NCBI GenBank assembly: GCA_010405405.1
Contig: MU004231.1
Coordinates: forward strand, 2,846,401 to 2,910,400
Direction of reading: 5' to 3'
DNA: 64,000 bases
From: Microthyrium microscopicum
Lineage: Eukaryota
Under the pieces are notes generated by a model that saw only the letters and a program-made list of their open reading frames with translations, was not told the DNA's origin and searched no databases. Numbering within the stretch: the stretch's first letter is position 1; every line of letters begins with the position of its first letter. Positions 1 through 11,396 of this stretch are shown here, piece after piece. The translations under genes and the position numbers were made by a program.

Positions 1-422
1 TAATATGTACGACGCATGGTGTACTTGTGGTATTGTAGGATCCTAACCAAACTCAAGACTGTGCATTGCGGCACAGCTCATGCCAATCCATTGGCTGAAG
101 CGGCTGAAACCTCATACAGGTCTGGATGCTTGATTTAGATTTTGCTTTGGTACGTACTTGTATATATAATATGCTGCCTTCAAGAACAGCGCTCAATAAT
201 GAGAATGTATGTTAGCAAAACTAAGAGTACTTTTTGAATGGAAACTTAACGACAATAAAAGAAAATTCTTACGGCGTTGGTAGTGGATGGGCCGAAATCT
301 CAAAATATAGGAACAATGTAAGGCAGGAAGCGAAGCGCCGGTGTATGCATGTTGGCGCTACACAGCCTGACTACAGTAATTACTGTGCCGTACAGAACTA
401 GCTTCAGATGCTAACGTGGCAT

Positions 423-574
423 TATTGTAATGAAGAATATGCTAAGGGATTAGATAATCGTAGGACCTAATTAGAGATAACATAATCCCCTAATTAGCGT
501 GTCCTAAAAACTATATTAGGCCCTTAGACTTCTATAGTAATTAACTATGCTTTATTTCTTATATTCTTATAATA
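423..574 (+). repeat. 5' LTR of copy 1
   Basis: Matches 10211-10362, 32231-32382 and 41682-41833 apart from C>T/G>A changes; shared core taattagcgtgtcctaaaaactatattaggccc. Confidence 0.95.
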
Positions 575-1239
575 TCTAATAGTAATAATTTAATTTAATT
601 AAGACTTTTAGATAATAAACCTCTTATAGGAATCTCTAGATTTATCTTATTGTTAATAATTACTTAGGATTAATATCTAGTAAAATATACTCTAAGAATA
701 TTATTCCTTAATTAGCTAGCCTTATTATAGCCTAATACTTAGTAACTATATATTAGAAAATAATTCTTAGAATTTATATATAATAATATTCCCTACTATA
801 ATATATTTTAAAAATATCTTAAATTATTTTTAATTTAAACTACTACTTTAAGGATTATTAAATATATTATAAGAATTATCTCTTTTATAATAATATTCTC
901 CTTATCTTTATTAACTTTTATTACGTTAATTATATAGCTATTAAATAAAATATAGAAACTTTTCCTTAGAAAATTCCTTAAGATAACGTTATAGAAACTT
1001 TACTATATAGATTAAAGCTAATAAGTAATAATATAAACTCTTAGCCTTAAGTTATCTTAGGAAATTAGATTAAGATCTTATCTATACTAAGAAAGTATAA
1101 AAATTTACCTTAGAATAATTTCTTAACTTTAAATTCTATTTAACTAACTTTAGTATAGAAACTTCTAAATCTTAAGACTCTTTTCTTACCTTACTAAGAT
1201 TATATTCTTTATTAAAACTATTACTTTCTCTTTATTAAA

Positions 1240-2958
1240 ATAAATAACTAGTATAATAATATTATAACCTAAACTATAAGATAAGATACTTAGTAGGTAT
1301 AATACTAAGCCTAGGTTACTAACCTAAGTTCTTAAAATAAGTAACTTACTCCTATATTATTAAATAATCTTTTTAGTATACTAAATCTTAGTCCTAACCT
1401 TATAACTTAGATTACTAATATTTAGTAATTAGGGCCCTAAGCCTTAAACTATTCTACTAGTATATATTAAGTTAATCTCTAGACTATTAACTATTCTCTT
1501 ACTAAACTATAAACTCTCTCTTAGGCTTAGAATTATATTCTTAAGGAACCTAACTACGTTCCTTAGGCCTATAACTAAACTTTCTAACGTAATAATAATA
1601 AAAATTAGTAGTCTATAAATAGGTCTATTCTTTTCTAGAAAGCGTTATTTTACTCTACTACTAATAAGTAAATTAAATAAGATTATAGCTCTAAATCTAT
1701 AGAAAATATCTAATATACTTAGTAGTAAAAAATAGTAAATTATATTACTAAATTAACCTCTTATCTTAACGTAAGTAAGTTTACCCTATATACTTAAGAT
1801 TACTAAGTAAATAAAATTAAGGCTTATACTTAGACTTAGGCTTTAACCTAAAAAACTTTATAAATAGGTATTACTTACCTAGACTTTATAGGAAAGCTAA
1901 ATAAAGAGTTAAATAAGACTATTAAATTACTTTTTTAAACTTTTAGTCCCTAAAAACTTATTAAGATAATAAGGAACGTTCCTTAAGAATAAAGATAATA
2001 TTTAACTAAGTTTAAGATATTTTTTAATAGTTTATTCTCTAAGAAACTAAGTAAGTATAATACTTAAGCTAAGAGCCTTTTTTATACCTTTAAGGCTAAT
2101 AAGAATATTCTCCTATTAAATTTTACTCTACCTAAATAGTAGAAAATTACTAAAGTTAAAGAATATCTTCTTATTAAGTAACGTCTTCTATAGGCTAACT
2201 TAGCTTAGTAATAGACTATAGAGGAGTTTAAGATACTTAAAAGTTTATCTTACTTCTTTATCTATTTTTAACCTATATTTAGTATTAAAAAAGATATACT
2301 TAAGGTTAGTATTTAGTAAAATTATATATTATAAGTTTTATTTACTAAGGAATTTATTTATTATCTTTATATTCTATAGACTTAAATAAATTCTATACTT
2401 ACTAATTATAAAATAAGTATTTAAATCTAAGGAGGCCTTAAAGAATAGGTTACTCTTAAAGCTAAGTATAGGTATAGTACTATTCCTAACCTTATAATTA
2501 ATATTTTAGCCTTTAAATAAGAAATTATTAAATATAATATAGACTCTTATAGAAATATACGTAATACTTATAATATTTATAGGCTAAAGTAGCTTAATAA
2601 AATCTCTTCTAGTTTTAAGAAAGATAAAGAGCTTACCCTAAATACTAGTTTTAAAGAATATCTTAAGAAAGTTAATAGTAAAAGCTATACTAATAATAAA
2701 CTTAAGTTAGATAATAAAAATTTAGAGTAGCTTAATATTATAAATAGCTATAGTTACTATTCTAAAGAATAACGTAATACTTAATACTCTAAGAAATTTA
2801 ACTCTAATAAGAAGTTATATTCTTTTTATAAAAAAGACTCTAAAGATAGAAAAGCTCTTATAGATAATTTTAAACTTAAGTATTAGAATTATAGTAAACT
2901 TAGTTACTACGCTATAAATTATAAAAAGCCTAACTAGTAATAATAGAATTTAAAAAAC
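1240..2958 (+). pseudogene. gag: gag relic with CCHC zinc knuckle
   Basis: 2881-2922 de-RIPs to approximately C-W-N-C-G-K-x-G-H-Y-A-x-D-C. The likely start (aaaATA from aaaATG) at 1240 is in the same frame; the start position is inferred. Confidence 0.75.
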
Positions 2959-5900
2959 TACTATTATTAAGAAATAAATAAGAATCTTCTAACTTAGAAC
3001 TAGAATACTTTACTTATCTATATAATAATTAATAAGCTTTCTTTAACTATATAAGTAAATATAGTAATACTCTTTTATATCTATCTATTTACTTATATTA
3101 TAAAAATTATTCTATTAAGACTATAGCTCTCTTAGACTTAGAAGCTAATTCTATTTATATTAGTTAAAAGATTATTAGGAAACTTAAAGCTTCTATAATA
3201 CCTATCCTAGAGAAAGAAGTTACTCTTATAAATAGCTATATAGTTATAACTTTCCTTAGGATTTACTTACCCTATTATATTAAGACTTTTTATAGCTACT
3301 TTAAGGCTTATATCCTAAATATTCTTAATCTTAATATTATTTTTAGACTTTTATAGTTCTAGTTATATAATTTATAAATTAATTAAATAATAGAGCAAAT
3401 TAAGCTTATAGAGTAATACTTAGAAGGCCTTTATATTTATAAGCTTACTATAAAATGCTAGATAGAGCCTCTTTAGAATAAGGGAAGCTACTTAAAATAA
3501 ATAGAGTAGTTTATAGCTAGCTTTCTTTATATAATCTTTTAAGTATTTTAAAATAAGGTAAAAAAAGTAAAGAATAAAGTTAAGAGCGTTCTTTAGCTAA
3601 TTTAAGGAATATAGGAATAGCCTAATATTTTCTTAATAACTAATAACTTTAATATTAATAAACTTGCTCTAGAAGATAAAAATATATAGAAACTTTTAAA
3701 TAATTACTATAAGTCCTTTTATTATACTTTTCCTAAACTTTTACTATACTCTAAGTTTAATTATAAAATCCTTATAAAAAACGTTCCTCTTTATAACTAG
3801 GCTTATTATTAGATATCTAGCCTATAACTAGAAAAGTAGAAAAAGTAGATTTAAGAACTACTTACTAAAGGACTTATTAAAGTCTTAAGAAGTCCTTAGG
3901 GTTTCCTTATCTTATTTATATTAAAGCTAAGAAGAAAATAGAAAATATATATTAACTACTATTTACTTAATATAGTTATATATAAAGATACTTATTCTTT
4001 ACTATAAATTAATAAGTATCTTAATACTATTAGTAGAGTAAGATTCTTCTTTAAGCTTAATCTTCTATTAGGCTATTAGTAAGTCTATATAGTAAAAAAA
4101 GATATTAAGAAAATAGTCTTTAATACTAAGTCTAAGAAGTATAAGTTCCTTATTATACCTTTTAGATTAATAAATATACTATTATTCTTCTAGCGTATAA
4201 TAAATACTCTTCTCTAGCTCTTTTTATTAATTTATATAGTTATTTACTTAGATAATATTATTATTTACTTAAATACTATAAAGAAATATTATAAGTATAT
4301 TACCTAGGTTCTAAAAATCCTCTAAGATAATAAGCTCTATGCTTATCCTAATAAATACGTCTTTAGGGTTAAGAAGATTAAATTCTATAGCTATAAAGTA
4401 GGAAATTAGTAAATTTAACCCTTATATAAAAAAACTACCTTAATTAAGTCCTAGCCTATATCTAAGAACGTATATAAAGTATATTAATTCCTTAATTTTA
4501 CCTTATACTATTAGTAATATATTAAGAACTTTACTAAGATTACTACCTTTATCTTTAACCTTTTAAAGGAAGCTAATCTAGATATTAAAAAAAAGAAGTA
4601 CTACTTTATTACTTAGACCTATTAATATACTATAGCTTTTAATAGAATTAAGACTCTATTAACCTTATTACCTATTTTAGTAATATATAATTTATAAAAG
4701 CTTATAAAGCTCTAAATAGATACTTTAAATTATATAATTAGTTATAAGCTAGTATAAAAAAATAACTAAAGTAAATAGTACCTAATTACTTTTAATAGCT
4801 ATAAGCTAAGTAGAGCTAAACTTAATTATTTAGTATATAAGAAAGAGCTTCTTATAGTTAAGAATATAATTAGGAGATACTAATACTACTTTCTAGAGAA
4901 GACTACTAAGATAATTATAGATTATAATAGCTTATAGTATATAAATATAATTAAGAATAATACTTAACGTATTACTTAATAAATTAAAGAGTTCTAAGAA
5001 TTTAATCTTATCTTTACGTATTATAAAGGTTCTTAAGTAATAGTTCCTAATACTTTTAGTTACTACTTAAACTTTTAAGAAAAATAGATTAATACTATTT
5101 AAGAAATAAAGCCTAAAGATAATAATAATAACTTATCTTCTAAGGCATAAGCTACTTTATTAGAACCTTTATAAGAGTAGAAAGAATAGAAAGCCTTCTA
5201 TATATAAGGCTTATAAAAAGTATTAAAAAAGAAAGATTATACTATCTCTACTAGTATATAGAAGAGGCTTTAAAAAAGCGTTCTTAATTATTTTTAAATT
5301 AACCTTAATAAAGATATTAAAAAGAAATATAAGTATTTATTCTTAGAGAAAGATTCTACTAAAGCTAAGATACTTACTAGTTTACTCTATATTTACTTCT
5401 TTTACTATTAAAACCTTATTAAGAAAGTATATAATTAGTATAAGTATTTATTATATATAGGCCTTACTAGTATTCTTAAACTAGAAGGTTAGTAGCTAGG
5501 AATAAAGAATAACTTCTAAAAATTTACTTAGTTCTATCCTATATATTAAGTTTAATAGATAAATTAAAGTAGACCTAAGTATAGGTTCTACTATTAAGTA
5601 TAAAACCTATAACTATTTAAGGCTTAAGGAATTAACTTAATTAATAAACTTTTATAGAGTCTCTTTAAGAATTAGTATATTATCTATATAATTAACTATG
5701 CTATAGAATAGCTTATTATAGAAATAGTACTAAATACTACTATTCTTATAGTTATAGAATTTATTTATAAGAAAATTATCTTAGAATATAGTTCTTCTTA
5801 ATTATTAACCTTAGATAATAAACCTTAGTTTATCTTAGACATAATTTTATCTTTATTATAATAAATAAAGACTAAGTACTACTTAATAGCCCTATATAAC

Positions 5901-7460
5901 CCCTAGTCTAATAAGAAGGTTAAGAGATTTAATAGCCTACTAGGTATATTTTTAACTAAGTTCTTAAAAGAAAAACTTATAGCTAGCTAAGATCTATACC
6001 TAGATTAAGTAGTTTATACTACTAGGATATAAGCTTATACTATATTAAGAATATCTTTCTTCTTCTTTATTTATAAGAAAGATTCTAAGGACTTTAAAAT
6101 AAGCTAGGTAAAGAAAAATAAATAAGCTAAATTAACTAGTATTATACCTCTTATCTACGTAATTATAAAAAATTACCTAAAGAAGGTTAAAACTACTAAG
6201 TAAGTCTATTATAACGCCTTATTAAAATAAGCTATAGCCTTAAACCTTATTAATAGTAATATAATTTTAAAAAAAGACTTTATTATTAAGTTCCCTATAG
6301 GTTCTTATATACTCCTTAAAAACTTAAATAAAACTAAATTCTAAGTAGCATAGTTTAGCCTTTATAAAGTCTTAAAGGCTTACTCCCTAAGAATATATAC
6401 TTTTAAGATACTTAATAAAAGAATACTTAAAAACCTTATCTATAGGAATTACCTTATATAGGTATATATATAAGAAGAAAATAAATACTATTACTAAAAC
6501 TAGCTATACCTTAAATATAAGTAATTAAGTAAAGATAACCTTAAAAGTATTCTAGATAAAGAGTATAAAAATAAAATAGATATATTTACTATAATTAAGA
6601 AAGACTAGCTTAATAGATTAAGAAACTTTTTAATAAAGTTAATTAATATTAAAAAGTCTAGTACTAGGAGATATTACTTAAGTCTATCTACTATTCCTCT
6701 TAACCTTATAAGAAAAGTTTAAAAAGCTAAAGTAAATATTTATAAATAAGAAAAGAAACATCTTATAGTAACTATTTATAACCTAAATAGTAACTTAAAG
6801 ACTCTTATAGTATTAAAATATATTCCTCTTAATCTAATTCTAGCTTTAGCGTAAAATAACTTAGAATAGATAAAGTAAATTATATAAGAAGTAGAATATT
6901 CTATAGTATTATAAAATCTAGTAAGGAAAAAAAATAATAATATTTTTATTCTCTTAAATTAAAGCTTAGTAAGGAAAGAAATCCTCTTAGCTATAATAAA
7001 TTAAGAATTAATCTTTATATTACTAGAATAATAAGAGTAAGGAGATAAATTATTAAAGCTAAGAAGCTATAATAAAATTACTATTTTAATTACTTATATA
7101 CCTATACTAGAGGTAATAAATCTATATAAATAAGTATCTAATCCTAAAGAAGACTATTAGGGTATTAACTCTTTATTACTAGATACTATAAAAGTAGAGG
7201 TTCTTCTTATAAATTATCCTAAACCTAGTCTACTATAAGAGATAAATATAACTAAAGGATTCTTATAGAATACTAATATATTTAGGCTAATTATAATACT
7301 TAGTAGTTTTATACGCCTTAGTACTAGCTTATAATATTTAGAATTAAGATAAAGATAATAAAAGGCTACTTCTAGATAAAAGATTATCTTATATATAAAT
7401 ATAAGTAAGGTACCTATAAGAAAAAAAAGAAAAATTAACCTTTTATTATCTCTTTTATAA
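2952..7460 (+). pseudogene. pol: pol relic (protease, RT, RNase H, integrase)
   Basis: De-RIPed motifs: ALLDSGA (~3126), SPWGFPILF...CIDY (~3890-3960), FSKLDLLSGYWQ (~4045), YLDD (4245), TDASD and NYPVHEKELL (RNase H, ~4715-4855), WGIDL, SDNGPQF, PQSNGKVERFN (integrase, ~5625-5935), WFGPY (~6350). End position approximate. Confidence 0.9.
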
Positions 7461-7714
7461 CTTTTCTTAATTATATTTATTTAAGAAAACTATTTATAAG
7501 AAATTACTTTTATTTATTATTAATTTAAGTAAACTATTATAAGTAATAATAACTAAAATTAAATCTTTAAATCTTCTTAGTAATCCTTAAGACTATTACT
7601 AAAGTTATTTAAATATAATAAGCTATCTCTAGATCTTTCTAGTAATCTTTAAGACTATTACTAAAAGCTTTCTTATAAAATATTTAATAGTAAGAAATAA
7701 GAAACTTAAATAAC

Positions 7715-9559
7715 CTAAATTCTTAAGCTAATCTACTACTTTTTAGTTTTAAAGTAACGTAAGCTTAATACTGCTTTTCTCTATTTCTTAAAAAATAACT
7801 AACTCTAAGAGTCTAGTTCTATTTCTTTCTCTATATAAGTAAGCTAATATACTTCTTCTTTACTAGAACTAAATATAGTTAGTAAAGCTTTTAAATAACC
7901 TAAAGATAGTGTAAATAATAAGCTATTAATAAAGTTATAAATAGAAGTAATAAGTAGTCTAGTAACTACCTATATTAATTACGTAGTATTTATACTTACC
8001 TTCTTTATTATAAATAAGTAATCTTATTTACTATTTAAGGCATAATTTATATAAGCCCTATTAAATATAAAATTACTTTTTATATTCTAGAAGACTATAT
8101 AATTATACTAAGTAATAACTTCTTTATCTAAGAGCTTAAGTATATAGTAGCGTTTATATTTATTATAACGCTAGTTAGGTTAGTAATCCTAAATATAAGC
8201 TATAGCTACTTATAGCTTATTACTACTAGATAGTAAGTTAGTTATTATTATAATAGCTAGCTTAGTCTAAGTAAGACTATACTTAATATAATACTTAAAT
8301 AATACTAGAATCTCTTAGAGGATTTTAACTCTTTAATTCTAAAGATCTTATAGAACCTAGATAAGCTTATTCTAAGTCTCTTTCTTATGTATTTATAGCT
8401 AGTAGTTTAAATAGATTAATTAACTATTTACTATAGTATAAGCTATATTATTAAGCAAATGCTTATAAGTCTACTTATTAAGCTTCTTTAAGAAAGCTAA
8501 ATAATAACCTAAACTAAGCTCTACCTTAATTTAAGGCTTAAGTAAAGTCTTATATATACTACTTTGCTTCTTTATAGGCTAATATAATAGTATCTTTACC
8601 TTTTCCTTACTTAAAGACTTAACGTACTCTAGTTTATTCTTAAAAATATTTAAGAAGCTAGTCTTACTAACTATATACTTATATACTTATAAAATATTAT
8701 AAGTTTACTTTAGCTTAAGTATTATATAATAGTAATAGCCTTAGCTATGCTCTTAGTTAATAACCTAATATAAGGTTATTTTAAAGTATACTAAGCTATT
8801 TTAAATATACTAGAATATATCTTTTACTACTTAAACCTAGGAATATATTATATCTTACTCTATATATATTTATATAGAATTAAGTAGTATAGTATTTAAG
8901 AAGTTATAGTCTAAACTAAAGGTATTAGTAATATAAGTACTAAATATTATAAATAGCTTAATCTTATTTTAATCTAGGAGACTTATTTCCTAAAGCTATT
9001 AAAGCGTTACCTATATTAGAGTATTCTTTTTAATAAAACTTACTTTTCGTTTAGGTATCTCTTAAGTAGCTTACTTATAAGCTAATTTCTACTAGTAAAA
9101 GAACTTACTCTTTAGAATTAAAGGATATTATCTAAATATAGGTAATTATTTATAAGATTATCTCGTCTTAGAATTAACGTTATAGTAGCTTATAGAAGCT
9201 TACTAGTAAGCCTTCTTAAGAAAAGAATTTAGATAGCTAATACTCTATTAATAACTAAATCTAGCTAGAGAAGGTAAAAAGTAGTTATTATTATTCCTTA
9301 TGCTTAAAAATCTTAATATATTATCTTATTAGCTATAAGCTTTAGTTAGAGAAGATAAACGTATAGGTATATTTATAAATAATTATAAACGTTCCTTAAA
9401 ATAAGGTTAAGTAACTAGACTTAGAGACTAAGTAATAAGACTTAGAGCTTATTATAAAGATTTAGCTTAATTATACTAAGCTTAAAAAACTTAAGAGTAA
9501 GTACTATGCTTTTTAGACGTCTTTAAAGATAATATAGTTAGCTTAGTATAAGGAGCTAT
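7715..9559 (-). pseudogene. RIP-mutated intronless antisense accessory ORF A (~615 codons), unknown function
   Basis: Minus strand begins agaATA GCT CCT (ATG GCT CCT, MAP...). One frame carries RIP-resistant codons (GAG, AAG, GAC, GCT, CGT, ATC, TTC) throughout, and in-frame TAA/TAG can be explained as CAA/CAG/TGG/CGA after RIP. The stop position is uncertain (7715 or 7706). Confidence 0.7.
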
Positions 9560-10201
9560 TCTAAAGAGCTCTTATAATTAAGAGCTTAAAAAGAATTAAG
9601 GATTAAAGAAAAGAAATATATAGAGCTACTTATACTTAATAATATTAAAAGTATAAAAGGAAATCTACTTTTACTAGCTTAAAGTATTATAGAAGTATAA
9701 TAAAAAAGAAGAAAAGAAGATAATAAATTATAAAGCTTTATAAATATAGGATTAAGCCTTTATCTTATATTTACTTAGACTAGTAATTACTATCTAATTC
9801 TTTATTACTACCTATATATTACTTTTTATAAACTTTACTCTTTAAGGCCTTAAAGTATAGGTTATATATATTCTTTACTAAATTAAGTAGTCTTAGTATA
9901 CCTATATAAATCTCTTATAATTTCTTAATTTACTATTACTAATAGCCCTTACGTAAATAAACTTTCTTAAAAGAATTAAGAACTATAAACGCTTAAGTAT
10001 TATTTATAATAGTTTAACCTAAATCTTAAGAAAAATCTTAAGAAGATAATTCTTTAGAAATTACTTTATAGCATAGCTAGGGTAATAGTCCTAAATCTTA
10101 AATAAAGATTCCTTATTAGTTATTATAATATTTTTTTTATTTTACTTATTTATTAAAGTTACGACTATAGGATTTATAATCTTAAGAGAGTTTATACTAG
10201 T

Positions 10202-10210
10202 AAAAGAAGA
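10202..10210 (+). other. Polypurine tract of copy 1
   Basis: aaaagaaga abuts the 3' LTR; copy 2 has aaggaagaa (41673-41681); most-G consensus AAGGGAGGA. Confidence 0.75.
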
Positions 10211-10362
10211 TATTATAATAAAGAATATACTAAGAGATTAGATAATTATAAGACCTAATTAGGGATAACATAATCCCTTAATTAGCGTGTCCTAAAAACT
10301 ATATTAGGCCCTTAGACTCCCGTAGTAATTAACCACGCTTTATTTCTCATATTCTTGCAATA
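10211..10362 (+). repeat. 3' LTR of copy 1
   Basis: Direct repeat of 423-574, followed by TSD GGCAT. Confidence 0.95.
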
Positions 10363-11396
10363 GGCATTCACCCCGGCACATCACTTCTCTAATACAACTC
10401 AACTTCATCCTGCTTAGCATGGTATTAAGTGCTTGTCACCTACTCTAGTATACCTGTTATGAATACCAGCGGATAGGTGATTGGAAGCAGCGATTCAATT
10501 GCTGCAAATTCATGATGTTGGGATCCGAAGTATGCGGCCCATCTAATGTGAAGTTCAGCGAGCCTGAAATTACGATGCGTCTCGTGGCCATTGGCATTGT
10601 CATTCGAGGAGCAAGTGCCTGGTACGTTACCAGTCACGACTCTGAGGACATCAAGAGCATGGAACATGTAGTTGCCATCATCTCAAGACAACTGGGGGTT
10701 TGGCCTCAAGAGCTAAGGGCTAGGATGGATGTATCAAAGGACTTTTGTAAGTGTAAGTTGTTCGATTGAGCATTCAACAAGATATCATTACAAGTGAGTA
10801 CTGTACAGCCATCAATCATCGCATCTCAGAAAAAATATCAAGATAATCATCAACAGTCCACCATTCAAGAATGAGAAGCAGAAACACGACTGACGGTACA
10901 GACAAGACTCCAAAACAGACTTTCTAATCTTTCCATTTTGGCTAGGAGGACTATACATGAAGATCTAACCTGATCTGTGGTTGTTGACCCTCTCCAATAT
11001 CCAAAATGCAATCTGCAAGCAGCTGAACGACAGAGACCTGTATTGCGCCAACAGGTCCTTCATGACAGTTGTGGGTTCAGATGACTTGAAGTCTCTCAAC
11101 TCAGACAATATACAATAAACAAGAAGCTGCTCCAAGCATGACTGCTGTCTCCAAAGGGGTATCCCTGTGACTAAACGCGACAAGCCTTCCACACCAGGCT
11201 CGAAGAATAAAAAGCAACACCAGGTTCGCGGCGAACAGGACTGGAGTCCCTTTCGCCCCTAAATATGTACCTGCATGGTAAAGAAGACTCATGTCCATCC
11301 GGGGATATGCCAGAAAAAAATAAAGTTACAAGAAGATGTGACCGCTAAGTGATGACAGGAAAGAATGCTCGTTCTGATTTGAAAACCGGTCCACGC

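Larger units (their letters stand above)
423..10362 (+). mobile_element. Ty3/Gypsy LTR retrotransposon, full-length, RIP-inactivated (copy 1)
   Basis: Two 152-bp direct LTRs (423-574, 10211-10362). Termini TATTG...CAATA are the RIP form of TGTTG...CAACA. TSD GGCAT at 418-422 and 10363-10367. Domain relics occur in PR-RT-RH-INT order. CpA/TpG is almost absent and TpA is in large excess. Confidence 0.97.

Noticed and set aside
575..592. tRNA-iMet primer binding site (tctaatagt / tttagtagt, possibly TGGTAGC)
   Set aside because: Position is right, but it is too RIP-damaged to assign a primer tRNA.
7563..7665. CRISPR-like array
   Set aside because: Only two repeat units, the spacer is conserved between copies, the context is eukaryotic and there are no cas genes.
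7869..9110. Spliced captured host gene in cassette A (several minus-strand GTAAGT and CTAAC..TAG look-alikes)
   Set aside because: A single frame reads through all of them with consistent codon pattern, and RIP generates such motifs readily.
7715..9559. env gene
   Set aside because: It is antisense to pol, with no evident signal peptide or reliable transmembrane segment; hydrophobicity is inflated by RIP.
423..10362. NUMT, centromere or simple low-complexity DNA as explanation for the AT-rich blocks
   Set aside because: LTRs, TSDs and gag/pol motifs fully explain them, and the blocks have sharp edges against genic DNA.
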